This document shows positions 17,834 through 27,500 of a stretch of 64,000 bases of DNA, one piece after another. The translations under genes and the position numbers were made by a program. Origin of the DNA: Ostreococcus lucimarinus (lineage: Eukaryota); NCBI GenBank assembly GCA_000092065.1, contig CP000599.1; one strand, 5' to 3'. Numbering within the stretch: the first letter of the stretch is position 1; each line of letters opens with the position of its first letter. Under the pieces are notes generated by a model that worked only from the letters and a program-made list of their open reading frames with translations, ran no database searches and was not told the origin of the DNA.

Positions 17834-18920
17834 TCACGTGAGATCGTCCTCCTCGGCTTCCACGGCGGCGACGATGCGCTTCTTAGCCTTTAATAGCATC
17901 GTCGTCTTCCAACCGTCGAGCCTGGACATGGAGTCGAATTCCGCCACCGCGCTCGAAAACGCGTCTTGATCGCCCGCCTCGAACGCCTTGGCGCAATTCA
18001 CCAACAAATCGCGCTCGCGCGACGACGCGAACGCCGGGTCGCTCTCCTCGTATCGCTCGCACGCGTTCAGCACCCCGACGGCGTCGTTCCAGCACAATCG
18101 ACAGATCCCCGCCTGTAAAAAGTACCCCTTCACCGAGAACCGCAGTAAATTGTTATTCAACGACGCGCGTCCGACGTCCTCAAAAATCTCCGTCGCCTCT
18201 TCGAATCGATCGAGCTTGCTCGCCAGCAGCGTCGCCGCCTTCAGTTTACAATTATTCCCCGTCGTCCGTCCCGAGTCGCCCTCGCCGTCGTACAGATCCG
18301 CCGCGCTCGAGAACGCCTCCACCGCGCGTTCATCCCCCTCCGCCGTCCCCAGGCTCTCGTACGTCTCGCCGATCTCCTTCAAATGTTTCGCCGCCTGCGC
18401 CAGTCGTCCCAATCGCGCGTACGCGTTCGACGCTTCCCTGTAGTGTCCGATCGCCTCCTCGTTCGCCCCGCACTTCTTCAGCATCTGCGCGCAGTCCACG
18501 TGCGCCGACGCCGCGTCGTGCGTCTCCTTCGTCGTCGCTCTGCACGTCGCCAGCGCCTCGTACGCGTCCGCCGCTCTTCGCCAGCTCTTCGCCAGCTTAA
18601 ACGACGTCGCCGCGCGCTCGTACAGCTCCGCCGCCTCCTCGTGCCTGTTCGCGCCCGTGATCGCGCTGAAGAATCCAACGCTCTGTCGTCGTCGTTCAGT
18701 CGGTCGCGCCGTCGTCAGTCGTCCTTCGTTCCTTCGTTCGTTCGTTCGTTCGTTCGCATTCATTCATTCATTCATTCGCGTCGATCGTTCGCGTCGAGCG
18801 CGCGCGTTCGCGCCGCTCGAGCGCGTCCGATCGCGCGCTCGCGCGCGCGCGTCGCACCCTGAGTTTCTTGGCCGCCGCGGCGCAGAGCGCGTCGCCGCGC
18901 GCGAGATCGTCGTCGCCCAT
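17834..18920 (-). CDS. ASNAP: Alpha-soluble NSF attachment protein (alpha-SNAP), two exons (18858..18920 and 17834..18682)
   Basis: Exon 1 is MGDDDLARGDALCAAAAKKLR. Exon 2 is SVGFFSAITGANRHEEAAELYERAATSFKLAKSW... This matches the canonical SNAP N-terminus (MGD...KKL..F......AA.L...AAN.FKLAKSW). TPR-like repeats run throughout. Confidence 0.88.
18683..18857 (-). other. Spliceosomal intron (175 nt) in alpha-SNAP
   Basis: AGG|GTGCGA donor, two CGACTGA(C/A) branch candidates, GACGACAG acceptor. It contains (GAAT)n(GAAC)n microsatellites. Confidence 0.8.
18722..18776. repeat. Compound tetranucleotide microsatellite (CGTT)n(CATT)n inside the SNAP intron
   Basis: ccttcgttccttcgttcgttcgttcgttcgttcgcattcattcattcattcattc. 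Confidence 0.9.
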
Positions 18921-18985
18921 CGATCGATCGATGCGTCGCGCAGTGCCGCACACGACGACGCGACGCGCCGACGCGTCGACGTCGA

Positions 18986-19771
18986 ATGCGCGCCGCGACG
19001 CGCGTCGCGACGTCGCGCCCCGTCCCTCGCGCGTCGCGCTCGAGCGCGTCGCGCGTCGCGGCGACGCGAAGATTCGACGCGCGACCGAGCGACGACGTCG
19101 ATTCGGCGCAAAGATTCGACGCGCGTATGGCGCTCGTGGCGCTCGCGACGGTCGCGGCGACGCGATGCGAACTTCTAAAGCCGCCGGCGTGCGAGGCGGC
19201 GTTCATGGAGGCGGTCGAGGGGTCGGCGTCGGTGGTGACGCCGGCGGCGCCGTCGAGGCTGAAGCCGCGCGCGCGCGACGTCGTGCTGGAATCGAAATCC
19301 GAACACGCGGGCGAGGATCTGCGGCGAGAGGACCTGCGAGGGGCGATCTACGCCGAGGCGGATTTGCGACGGAGCGATCTGCGGGAGAGCGACGCGCGAG
19401 GGGCGGTGTTCAGTCGAGCGGTGATGCCGGGGGTGGACGCGCGAGACGCCGATTTTTCAGACGCGATGTTCGATTACGCGCTGCTGCGAGGGAGCGATTT
19501 CACGAATAGCGTGTTCGTGGGGGCGAATTTCGTGCGGGCGGATCTGGGGGAGGTGGTGGCGACGAACGCGGACTTCACGGAGGCGGTGATCGATCGGTAT
19601 CAGACGCTGTCGCTGTGCGAACGGGCGTCGGGGACGAATCCGTACACGGGGGCGAACACGCGGGATTCGTTGCTGTGCGACTTGGTGAAGCCGTACGCGG
19701 GCTCGGGCGAGGGAGGGAAGGTGGTGGCGACGAAGACGTCGGGGACGTGGGGTGGGGGGGGGCGCGAGTGA
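18986..19771 (+). CDS. Thylakoid-lumen-type pentapeptide-repeat protein (TL15/TL17-like)
   Basis: Tandem A(D/N)LxX pentapeptides: EDLRREDLRGAIYAEADLRRSDLRESDARGAVFSRAVMPGVDARDADFSDAMFDYALLRGSDFTNSVFVGANFVRADL. The N-terminus looks bipartite, with an RR-containing presequence and then the hydrophobic MALVALATVAA. Confidence 0.8.
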   Translation: MRAATRVATSRPVPRASRSSASRVAATRRFDARPSDDVDSAQRFDARMALVALATVAATRCELLKPPACEAAFMEAVEGSASVVTPAAPSRLKPRARDVVLESKSEHAGEDLRREDLRGAIYAEADLRRSDLRESDARGAVFSRAVMPGVDARDADFSDAMFDYALLRGSDFTNSVFVGANFVRADLGEVVATNADFTEAVIDRYQTLSLCERASGTNPYTGANTRDSLLCDLVKPYAGSGEGGKVVATKTSGTWGGGGRE

Positions 19772-19781
19772 GCGCGGCGCG

Positions 19782-19786
19782 TGTAA
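19782..19786 (+). terminator. TGTAA candidate poly(A) signal for the pentapeptide-repeat gene
   Basis: gcgtgtaattacc, 11 nt after the stop. Confidence 0.35.
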
Positions 19787-19851
19787 TTACCTACGTAGCT
19801 ATCCACTAAATCGACGCTAAGCGTCCTAATAAGACTACGTCGCGTCGCCGT

Positions 19852-22800
19852 CTACAGCGTCACGTGCGCGACGCGCTGCGGGAAGCGATACACCGTTCCG
19901 TCGCCGCTCAGACAGCTCGCCAAGTACGCCCCCAAAGACGCCGAACTCGACATCATGGTGTCTAAACTCAACGCGTCGTCCATGGCGACGCCGTGCAAGT
20001 AAGGCTCCAAGTTTTCGACGGCGACGGCGGTGACGTGAGACTTCACCTCGACGTTGTACGACGCGCCGAGCGCGCTCAGCGCGTCGCAAATTTGTTCGGC
20101 GCACGTCAAGAAGACGTCGTCGGCGGGCGCGGTGTCGTGGGACCGTCGTTCACCGCGGCGTTTCTTCTCGGCGTGGTACATGGCGAAAAATTTGGCGTCG
20201 TGACTTTGTTCCGTCGCCGCGGCGATGAACCCCAAACCGCCGGGTCGAAGCGACTTGCGGAAATTTCGCAGCGCGGAGTGTAATTTCCCGCGAGGCGTCG
20301 TCGCGAATCCGTGCGCGGTGTACACGATGTCGTAGCCGATCGAAGGGTCAGCGGCACCGCCGCCGTCGCGAGTGTCGTCCTGCGTCAGCGCGTCCGCGTA
20401 ATCCTGCGGAGGCACGAACGTCGTCGTCGATCCGCGATGGAGCGTGCCGACTCTAAACGGCGGCACGAGCGACGTCGCCGCCGTGTGCAACGCCACCGCG
20501 GAGACATCCAGTAGATCGACGCTGACGTATAAGCGTTCCATCGCGGGATCGATCAACGGTGACATCATCGCCTCGCGCGTGGCGTCCGCGATATGGCGGC
20601 ACAACGCCGCAGAAAACGTGCCGACGCCGCACGCCATTTCGAGCGCCGTGAGCGCGTCGGATGGGATCGACTGACGCACCGTCGTGTTGGCGTACACTGA
20701 AGACGTCACGGATGCCACGTCGCTCGCGTCGACGTCACTTTCGCCGCGCGCCCAAGCTTTCTCAATATCGCCGTCCTCCCCGTCGTCGACGTGTTCGCGG
20801 ATGCGTTCGCGCTGAAGCGACGCGAACGTCTTCCACCAGTCGTGCGATTCAGTGATGGATTGCACGTCTGAAAACGTCGCCATGCAATACCCGGGCGTAC
20901 GACGAAGTCGCTCGTGTTTTGCGGTGTCGTGCTCTTGCTCCAACATTTCGGCGATGCGTTCGGGCGCGTTCGACCCGTCGTCCACGGACGTCGCCGTGGT
21001 GGCGGTGACGTCGCCGCCGTAGTCGCTGTAAAATTCGTCGTCGACGATGGATTGAATGTCGGATTCATCGTCGTTTTCGAACCCGTCGTCTTCGGAATCC
21101 GATAATAACGGACGTCGCTCGATTATCGTCTCTTCTTCGTCGTACGCTTTTGCACGAAGGGGTGTCGGTGTCGCGCGCGCGCCGCTCGAAACGTTCGGAG
21201 ACGTAGACGTCTTCGGAGCCGCGCGATCCACCGCACGAGATATCCGAGCGCACTCCCCAGCGCTCACGACGCCCACGTTTTCCATCCAACCGGCGCGCAA
21301 CAACGCGCGATACGTCAATGTTTTCACAAAGTCTTGCAGCGCGAACGAGCACAAGGCGAAGACAAACACAAACGCGATGCGCGCCCACGAAATCGACGCC
21401 AACGCCATGAAGGGCCAATTCGCGCTCAACAAGCAACTCATCGTCAATGACGTGGCGAACGCAGCCAAAACTAGCCCCCCTGGGCGTCGCTCGAGGAACG
21501 ACTTGTGCGCACGAGCGCTGAAAACCGTCATCGCGTCCGTGAGCGTGAGCTTGAGAAACACACAGGTTTGCACCTCGCCGTACGGTAATCGAGCGCTCAG
21601 CGCCACGCGCAGTAACGCCAGAGTCGTGAAACACGCCGTGAAGCCGCTCGCCGCGCTGACGAAGACGTGCGGAAGTAAATTCCAACGCTCTGGTAAACGG
21701 CTCGGTGAGGTGTGGTCGTACGCGGTGCCGATGACGACAACGTCATTGAGCGCGGCGTTGACGCACAACGCGATGACTGGGAGCGTAAACGTATCCGGCG
21801 CGGAGACGTCGAAAGATTTTGGACTCACCACGAGGGCGCCAAATACAAAAAATCCCAAGACGTGCGCCGTGCACGTCGCACGAAATACAATGTATTCACG
21901 CACGCGCGCGAACATCACTCGGGCAGAGAGAACCGCGTGCGCCAAGGCTGCGAGCGACGGCGCGGCTAATATGATGTCGGACGCGCATCGCGCGGCGTCG
22001 CTAGCGTTATTCATCGACACTCCCACATGTGCGAGCTGAAGCGCCGCGCTATCGCTCGCGCCATCACTCACTAAACCGACGATGTCACCCTTAGCGCGAT
22101 GGGCCTTCACCAGCGCGTGCTTGTCCTCGGGTAGCATTTCGGCGTAAGCCTTCATGCGATCGAGCTTGTCGCAGTGCGCCGGGCTCAGCACGCTCGCGCG
22201 AAGAGGCACGTACGGTACATCGCTCGGAGTGTGGATGATTCCGTCAGAATTCTCGCTCAGATCGAAACCAATCTTATCGCACGCCACGCGCGCGACCCGA
22301 GCGACATCACTAGTGACGATTTTTACGTCGACGCCGAGCGATTGCATCGCGTGCAGCATCTCGTGCGCGTCCTTGCGACGCACGTCGTCGTACATAATCA
22401 AACCCAGACCGACGTACGAATCGTCGTGGGTTTTCGAACAAGCCACCAAGAGTGCGCGAGAAATCACTCCCGCCGCCGCGCGAGATTGCAACTGCTCGAG
22501 CGCGTCGTCGACGATGGCTTGCGCGCTCTCGCGGTTGACACACTTTTCTAGCGCGACGTCGATCGGGCCCTTCATCACGCGAAACGTCGATCCGTCGTTC
22601 GCTCGACGGATGATGCTTTCACTGAATTTTCTCTTTGCCGAGACATCGAAAGGTCGATGCTCTACGAGTTCGAACTTCCCTTCCAAGTGTCGCGCGACGT
22701 CAAAGGCGTCTAAAATCATCGCGTCCACGGCGTTTGTCGGCGGCTCCTTCCATCGCGTTCCCATCGCCGCCGCCGTCATGACGTCGTTTTCGCTGACACC

Positions 22801-24228
22801 CTCGAGTAAAGGCACCGTGGGAACGATCGAGCTCAGTTTTGCGGCATCTTTAGTCAACGTTCCGGTTTTATCGACGCACAAGACGTTCATGAGAGCCAAA
22901 TCTTCGATGACGCGCGCGCGCGCGACGATGCACGATTTTTTCGCCAACGCGCGAACGCCCAAAGAGGTCGTCGTGTGCACGATCGTTCGAATCGCCAAAG
23001 GTGTGCTGATGATCAAAAGAATGACCGCAAACGATAGCGAGCGGAAGAAGTCCTTCCCCCCCACGATGAGGTACAAGAATACGCTCAGCGAGGACGCGCA
23101 TCCGACCACCGCGAACGAGCGCGTGACGATGGACACGTTCGCGTCGAACGCGGACATTTCCTTGCGAGATGAATCTCTGGCTCGCATCACGCGCGCCGCG
23201 CGCCCAGCGAATGTGTGTTTTCCGGTGCGCACCACCATCGCTCTCGCGGAGCCGCGCTTGACGACGCCTCGCGTGAACAACGGTTCGCCCTTCGCGACGT
23301 CGACGGTGTGCCTGTCGCCCGTGATCAAAGAATTATCCAAAACCAACGTCTGCGGTCCGCACGACACGCAATCCGCGGGCACCGCACACCCGGGCGTGAG
23401 CGTGACGATGTCTCCCGGCACGAGAAAACGCGCGTCGACGACGCGCGACGTCCCCGATCTCGTCACCGTCGCTCGAGCGTCCACGAGCTCCGCCAACTCC
23501 CGACTCGCCCGCACCGCGTCCTCCCTCTCGACGTGCGACACCCACGCGTTACCGAAAACCAACCCCAACAAAATCATCGCGTTGAACGTCGGATCGTCGT
23601 GCACGCGCGCGTTAAAACTCTGCGCCAATTCCAACGCCGCCCCCGTCGCCAACACCCGCGCCGTCGGATTCCTAATCTCCGCGCGCAGAAACCGCGCGAA
23701 CCGCGCGCGCGCGCGTCCCGCGTCCCCCCCCCCCGCGCTCGCCTTCCGCGCCCGCGCGCCGTCGTCCCCATCCTCGCCCGTCGCCCAATCGTTCGCGCCG
23801 TACTTTTCCAACCGCCGCGCCGCCTCGCGTTCTCGCAAGCCGCCGTCGACGTCCGCGTCCAAATCCTCCTCGTCCACCGCCGTCTCCTGCACCCCGTGGT
23901 CTCGCGCGCGCGACATCTCGTCCATCATTTTCCGCGCGTCCATCGCCGCCGCCGTCGTCGCGCTCGAGTCGTTCGCGCGCGCGCGTCGTCCGTCGTCGCC
24001 GTCGTCGCCCGCGGCGCCGTCGTCGCCCGCGGCGCCGAGCGCGCGCACCCATCGTTCAATCTTTTTCGTCACCGGCGCCTCGTCGCGCGCCGTCGCGCGT
24101 CCCAGATCATCGCTCAGCATGCGTTCGTAATCGTCGCCGATCGGTGACGTCGGGTCGTCGTCGCGCGCGTCGCGCGTCGTCGAATTCGTCGCCGCGTCGT
24201 CGCAATCATCGCGTTCGCGTCGTCGCAT
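19852..24228 (-). CDS. Divergent P-type (P3A H+-ATPase-like) ATPase fused to a C-terminal class-I SAM-dependent methyltransferase domain
   Basis: One uninterrupted frame. Pump motifs are LEKYGAN, VPGD, PAD, ITGDRHTV (in place of TGES), CVDKTGTLT, KGPID, KIVTSD and SDGASDSAAL, with 10 TM-like helices. After about 125 aa of acidic linker come the MTase motifs LEMACGVGT (motif I), VDLLDVS, YDIVYTAHGF and LRPGG. The ORF-track start at 24498 runs through an AT island. The first plausible ATG is at 24228. Confidence 0.75.
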   Translation of the reverse strand: MRRRERDDCDDAATNSTTRDARDDDPTSPIGDDYERMLSDDLGRATARDEAPVTKKIERWVRALGAAGDDGAAGDDGDDGRRARANDSSATTAAAMDARKMMDEMSRARDHGVQETAVDEEDLDADVDGGLREREAARRLEKYGANDWATGEDGDDGARARKASAGGGDAGRARARFARFLRAEIRNPTARVLATGAALELAQSFNARVHDDPTFNAMILLGLVFGNAWVSHVEREDAVRASRELAELVDARATVTRSGTSRVVDARFLVPGDIVTLTPGCAVPADCVSCGPQTLVLDNSLITGDRHTVDVAKGEPLFTRGVVKRGSARAMVVRTGKHTFAGRAARVMRARDSSRKEMSAFDANVSIVTRSFAVVGCASSLSVFLYLIVGGKDFFRSLSFAVILLIISTPLAIRTIVHTTTSLGVRALAKKSCIVARARVIEDLALMNVLCVDKTGTLTKDAAKLSSIVPTVPLLEGVSENDVMTAAAMGTRWKEPPTNAVDAMILDAFDVARHLEGKFELVEHRPFDVSAKRKFSESIIRRANDGSTFRVMKGPIDVALEKCVNRESAQAIVDDALEQLQSRAAAGVISRALLVACSKTHDDSYVGLGLIMYDDVRRKDAHEMLHAMQSLGVDVKIVTSDVARVARVACDKIGFDLSENSDGIIHTPSDVPYVPLRASVLSPAHCDKLDRMKAYAEMLPEDKHALVKAHRAKGDIVGLVSDGASDSAALQLAHVGVSMNNASDAARCASDIILAAPSLAALAHAVLSARVMFARVREYIVFRATCTAHVLGFFVFGALVVSPKSFDVSAPDTFTLPVIALCVNAALNDVVVIGTAYDHTSPSRLPERWNLLPHVFVSAASGFTACFTTLALLRVALSARLPYGEVQTCVFLKLTLTDAMTVFSARAHKSFLERRPGGLVLAAFATSLTMSCLLSANWPFMALASISWARIAFVFVFALCSFALQDFVKTLTYRALLRAGWMENVGVVSAGECARISRAVDRAAPKTSTSPNVSSGARATPTPLRAKAYDEEETIIERRPLLSDSEDDGFENDDESDIQSIVDDEFYSDYGGDVTATTATSVDDGSNAPERIAEMLEQEHDTAKHERLRRTPGYCMATFSDVQSITESHDWWKTFASLQRERIREHVDDGEDGDIEKAWARGESDVDASDVASVTSSVYANTTVRQSIPSDALTALEMACGVGTFSAALCRHIADATREAMMSPLIDPAMERLYVSVDLLDVSAVALHTAATSLVPPFRVGTLHRGSTTTFVPPQDYADALTQDDTRDGGGAADPSIGYDIVYTAHGFATTPRGKLHSALRNFRKSLRPGGLGFIAAATEQSHDAKFFAMYHAEKKRRGERRSHDTAPADDVFLTCAEQICDALSALGASYNVEVKSHVTAVAVENLEPYLHGVAMDDALSLDTMMSSSASLGAYLASCLSGDGTVYRFPQRVAHVTL

Positions 24229-24396
24229 TTCGTCGTCTCGCGTCGTCGCGACGCGGTTCGAGACGCCCGCGCGCGAGTATTTTTCGCGTGCGATCGCGTT
24301 CGACGCGATTCGCGATCGCGATTCGCGATCGCGCAAAGCGCGGCGTCGCGAGCCGTCGCGCTCTGACGCGAATCGCGTCGCGTCGGGCCGTCGTGA

Positions 24397-24462
24397 TGTA
24401 TCATAAACCCTATATTTACGTATTGTACACTTTTTAGTACTATGTAGATGTAGATTTTGGGT
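24397..24462. promoter_or_regulatory. AT island between divergent ATPase-MTase (-) and uL3 (+) genes
   Basis: tatcataaaccctatatttacgtattgtacactttttagtactatgtagatgtagattttgggtaaaac. It has two GTAC cores, a TACGTAT and an AAACCCTA telo-box. Confidence 0.4.
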
Positions 24463-24527
24463 AAAACGAGCGCCCCGATCGCGCGCGCGCGTCCGCACAC
24501 GACGCCGAGACGCGCGCGCGCGCCGTC

Positions 24528-25610
24528 ATGCTTCGTCGCGCCTGCGCGCGCGCGGCGACGCGCGTCGCCGCGCTCGTCGCGCCGAGCCGCGCGATCGGCG
24601 CGCCGCTCGCGTCGCCGCGCGCGCGATTTCCGTCGCCGCCGCAACTCGTCGCGTCGGCGAATCATCGCCTCGCGAGCGCGCGCGCGGCGGCGCCTCGACC
24701 GTCGAGCGCGGGAATCGCGCGCGATCGACGCTCGGCGCGATCGAACGCGGTCGAGCGCGCGACGTACGCGACGTCGGCGCGCGCGGTGGACGCGGCGCAC
24801 CGAAGGGCGAACGCGACGCGCGCGGCGACGCGAGAGGCGCGCCGAAGGACCGGCGCGGTGGCGATCAAGACCGGGATGACGTGCGATTGGGACGCGCGAG
24901 GGACGAGGATCCCGCTCACGGTGCTGTGGATCGACGATTGCGAGGTGGTGGCGGCGAAGACGTCGAGCGGGGCGGACGGGTACGACGCGGTGCAGGTGGG
25001 ATACGGAAGCCGAAAGCCGAAGCAGGTGACCAAGGCGGAGCTGGGGTACTTTGTGCGAAGGAAAACGAACATTAAGAGAGCGCTGTGCGAGTTTCGGACG
25101 AGCGCGGACGGGGTGCTGGCGCCGGGGACGGCGATCACGGCGGCGCACTTCGCGGCGGGGCAGTACGTGGACGTGCAGGGCGTGACCAAGGGGAAAGGGT
25201 TTCAGGGACCGATGAAGCGGTGGGGGTTCTCGGGACAGCCCGCGAGTCACGGGAACACGAAGAAGCATCGCGCGCACGGGAGCATCGGGCAGTGCCAGGA
25301 CCCGGGGCGAGTTTTTAAGGGGAAGAAGATGGCGGGTCGGATGGGCGGCAGGACGCGCACGGTGCAGAGCGCGTACGTGTACAAGGTGGACACGGAGAAG
25401 AATTTGGTGTACGTCAAGGGACAAGTCCCGGGGAACGCCGGAATGGCGGTGAAGATCAGAGACAGCCTGCGGAAACCGCCGGCGCTGGACGGGAGCGAGG
25501 TGCCGTTTCCGACGGCGGTGGCTGGCGAGCACCCGACGGGGGTCTTCGTCGCGCCGCCGCAGGGCGCGGATCCGTTCGGTAACCCCGAACCGGTGAAGCA
25601 GCGCGCGTGA
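24528..25610 (+). CDS. MRPL3: Organellar (mitochondrial-type) ribosomal protein uL3
   Basis: KGKGFQGPMKRWGFSGQPASHGNTKKHRAHGSIG...GRVFKGKKMAGRMGGRTRTVQSAYVYKVDTEKNLVYVKGQVPGN, preceded by an Arg/Ala-rich presequence. Confidence 0.9.
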   Translation: MLRRACARAATRVAALVAPSRAIGAPLASPRARFPSPPQLVASANHRLASARAAAPRPSSAGIARDRRSARSNAVERATYATSARAVDAAHRRANATRAATREARRRTGAVAIKTGMTCDWDARGTRIPLTVLWIDDCEVVAAKTSSGADGYDAVQVGYGSRKPKQVTKAELGYFVRRKTNIKRALCEFRTSADGVLAPGTAITAAHFAAGQYVDVQGVTKGKGFQGPMKRWGFSGQPASHGNTKKHRAHGSIGQCQDPGRVFKGKKMAGRMGGRTRTVQSAYVYKVDTEKNLVYVKGQVPGNAGMAVKIRDSLRKPPALDGSEVPFPTAVAGEHPTGVFVAPPQGADPFGNPEPVKQRA

Positions 25611-25890
25611 GCGCGAGCGCGAGACGCGGACTATCTAGCTACTTAGACGACGGCGAGACGTTCGTTCGGTGTGATTGAATAGAAGTCGTAGTAACGACGG
25701 AACCCCGTGCGAATGAATATTAAATGAAACGCGCGCGCGCGCGTTCGCCTATTGATACCGACTAGAATGCATGCATGCACGCGCGAACGAACGAACGATC
25801 GATCGAACGAGCGAGCGAACGAACCCCCGTTCGCCCGCCCGCGAGCGCGCCTCGCGCTCGCGCGACCGCGTCCGCTCGCGCGCGCCCCCC

Positions 25891-26553
25891 TCACCGCTCT
25901 CGCGGCGCCTCCAACAACAACGGCTTGAGTATGTCCCAAGTCTTCGCCAACACCGCCGTCTTATAGCACAAAAACCCACAAAACGTCGCCCCGTACGAGA
26001 AATCAAACGGCAAATCCAACCGATTCCAGCACGCCGTGAACACGACGAGCGCCGTCGGCACCAACAGTCGTCTCTGCAGCAGCGCCCTCGAGTACACGCC
26101 GCCGACTTTGCCGAACGCGCCGCTCAGCATCGCGCCCACGTCCGTCACCGGTTCGTACACCAAATTTCGCGTGTAATCCGCCTCGCTGACGTTCCCATTT
26201 TCTAAGCTCTCGCTGACGCCGTCGACGTAGTCTTGGAGCAATCTGAGGTAGCCGAGCGCGCCCGCCGAGCCGAGCGCCGCGCTCAGCCCCGGCGCGACGC
26301 CGTACCCCAGCAGGCAGTACGCCGACAGCGCCGCGCCGTGCGCGAGCGTCGTCGAGCTCAGCTCCCGCTTCAACGCGACGTACTCCTCGTCGCTCATTCG
26401 CTTCTCATCGAGCGCGTCCGCGGGCGTCGCGCGACGCGGCGTCGCGATGTTTCCGCGCCGAGGGTTTCGTCGATTCGCATTCGGCGCCCGCGCGGCGCGT
26501 CCGAGCGCGCGCGCGTCCGTGCGCGTCGATCGCGACGTCGACGACGATCGCAT
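25891..26553 (-). CDS. Four-TM membrane protein, CGL160/ATP-synthase-protein-I-like (tentative)
   Basis: EYVALKRELSSTTLAHGAALSAYCLLGYG...LGYLRLLQDYVDG...RRLLVPTALVVFTACWNRL...FCGFLCYKTAVL. I chose the start at Met 26553 because ORF start 26844 would overlap the PIS gene. The family call comes from memory of CGL160-type sequences. Confidence 0.55.
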   Translation of the reverse strand: MRSSSTSRSTRTDARALGRAARAPNANRRNPRRGNIATPRRATPADALDEKRMSDEEYVALKRELSSTTLAHGAALSAYCLLGYGVAPGLSAALGSAGALGYLRLLQDYVDGVSESLENGNVSEADYTRNLVYEPVTDVGAMLSGAFGKVGGVYSRALLQRRLLVPTALVVFTACWNRLDLPFDFSYGATFCGFLCYKTAVLAKTWDILKPLLLEAPRER

Positions 26554-26694
26554 CTCCGCCGCGACCGCGCTCGGGCGCGTCCAGACGGCGTCCAGCGCGC
26601 GCGACAGTGCGGATTGCGAAATTGCACTTTTTGGGGACGCGCCGAACGCGCGCGCGTTCGCACTCCTCGACGCGCCCCGGACGCGCCGCGCGTC

Positions 26695-27474
26695 ATGCCT
26701 CCGCGCAAAAAAGCATCTTCGACCGACGCGCGCGGCTCGCGCGCGCGCGCGCCGGCGAAATCGGCGTCCAAGGGCGACGACGCGACGCGAACGCGACCGC
26801 GCGGTCGAATCGACGCGCCGCGCGCATCCTTCTTCTCGCGCCACGCCAACGTGTACGCGTACGCGCCGAATCTCGTCGGGTACGCCCGCATCGCGCTCGC
26901 GATCTGCGCCCTGAGGACCGCGTTCGCGGACGTGCGGACGTGTCTGCTGTGTTACTTCGCGTCGTTCGCGTGCGACGAGCTCGACGGCCGCCTCGCGCGG
27001 CGATACGATCAGTGCTCCGAGTTCGGTCGAGCGCTGGACATGATCACCGATAGGCTGGCGACGTCGGGATTATTGGTCGTGCTCGCGATGGAGCATCGAG
27101 AGTGGTACGCGACGTGCGTGGGATTGCTGGCGCTGGACGTGGCGTCGCACTGGACGCACGCGTACGTCCAGCTCATGATCGGCGCCGACGGTCACAAATC
27201 CATCGGCGACGAGTCCTTCTTTCTGTTGCGGTGGTACTACGGGAATCGGATATTTATGGGCGCGTGCTGCGTCAGCGTGGAGGTGCTGTATCTGTGTTTG
27301 CACGCGATGCGCGCGGATCCCGCGTTCGTCGGTTTTCGCGCGCTCGGGCCGCTGACGTTTTCGGCGCTCGCGCGTCTCGCGATTCCCGGGTTCGTCGTCA
27401 AGCAGATGGCCAACTGCGCGCAGTTGTTCGAGGCGTGCGAAACGTTGGTGAGGATCGATCGCATGGCGATTTAG
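26695..27474 (+). CDS. PIS1: CDP-diacylglycerol--inositol 3-phosphatidyltransferase (phosphatidylinositol synthase)
   Basis: CDP-alcohol phosphatidyltransferase motif DELDGRLARRYDQCSEFGRALDMITDR, preceded by YAPNLVGYARIALAI. The start MPPRKK at 26695 is in frame with ORF 26233..27474. Confidence 0.88.
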   Translation: MPPRKKASSTDARGSRARAPAKSASKGDDATRTRPRGRIDAPRASFFSRHANVYAYAPNLVGYARIALAICALRTAFADVRTCLLCYFASFACDELDGRLARRYDQCSEFGRALDMITDRLATSGLLVVLAMEHREWYATCVGLLALDVASHWTHAYVQLMIGADGHKSIGDESFFLLRWYYGNRIFMGACCVSVEVLYLCLHAMRADPAFVGFRALGPLTFSALARLAIPGFVVKQMANCAQLFEACETLVRIDRMAI

Positions 27475-27495
27475 CGCGGCCGCGACGCGTCCGGA

Positions 27496-27500
27496 TGTAA
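27496..27500 (+). terminator. TGTAA candidate poly(A) signal for PIS
   Basis: ccggatgtaaaacg, 22 nt after the stop. Confidence 0.35.
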
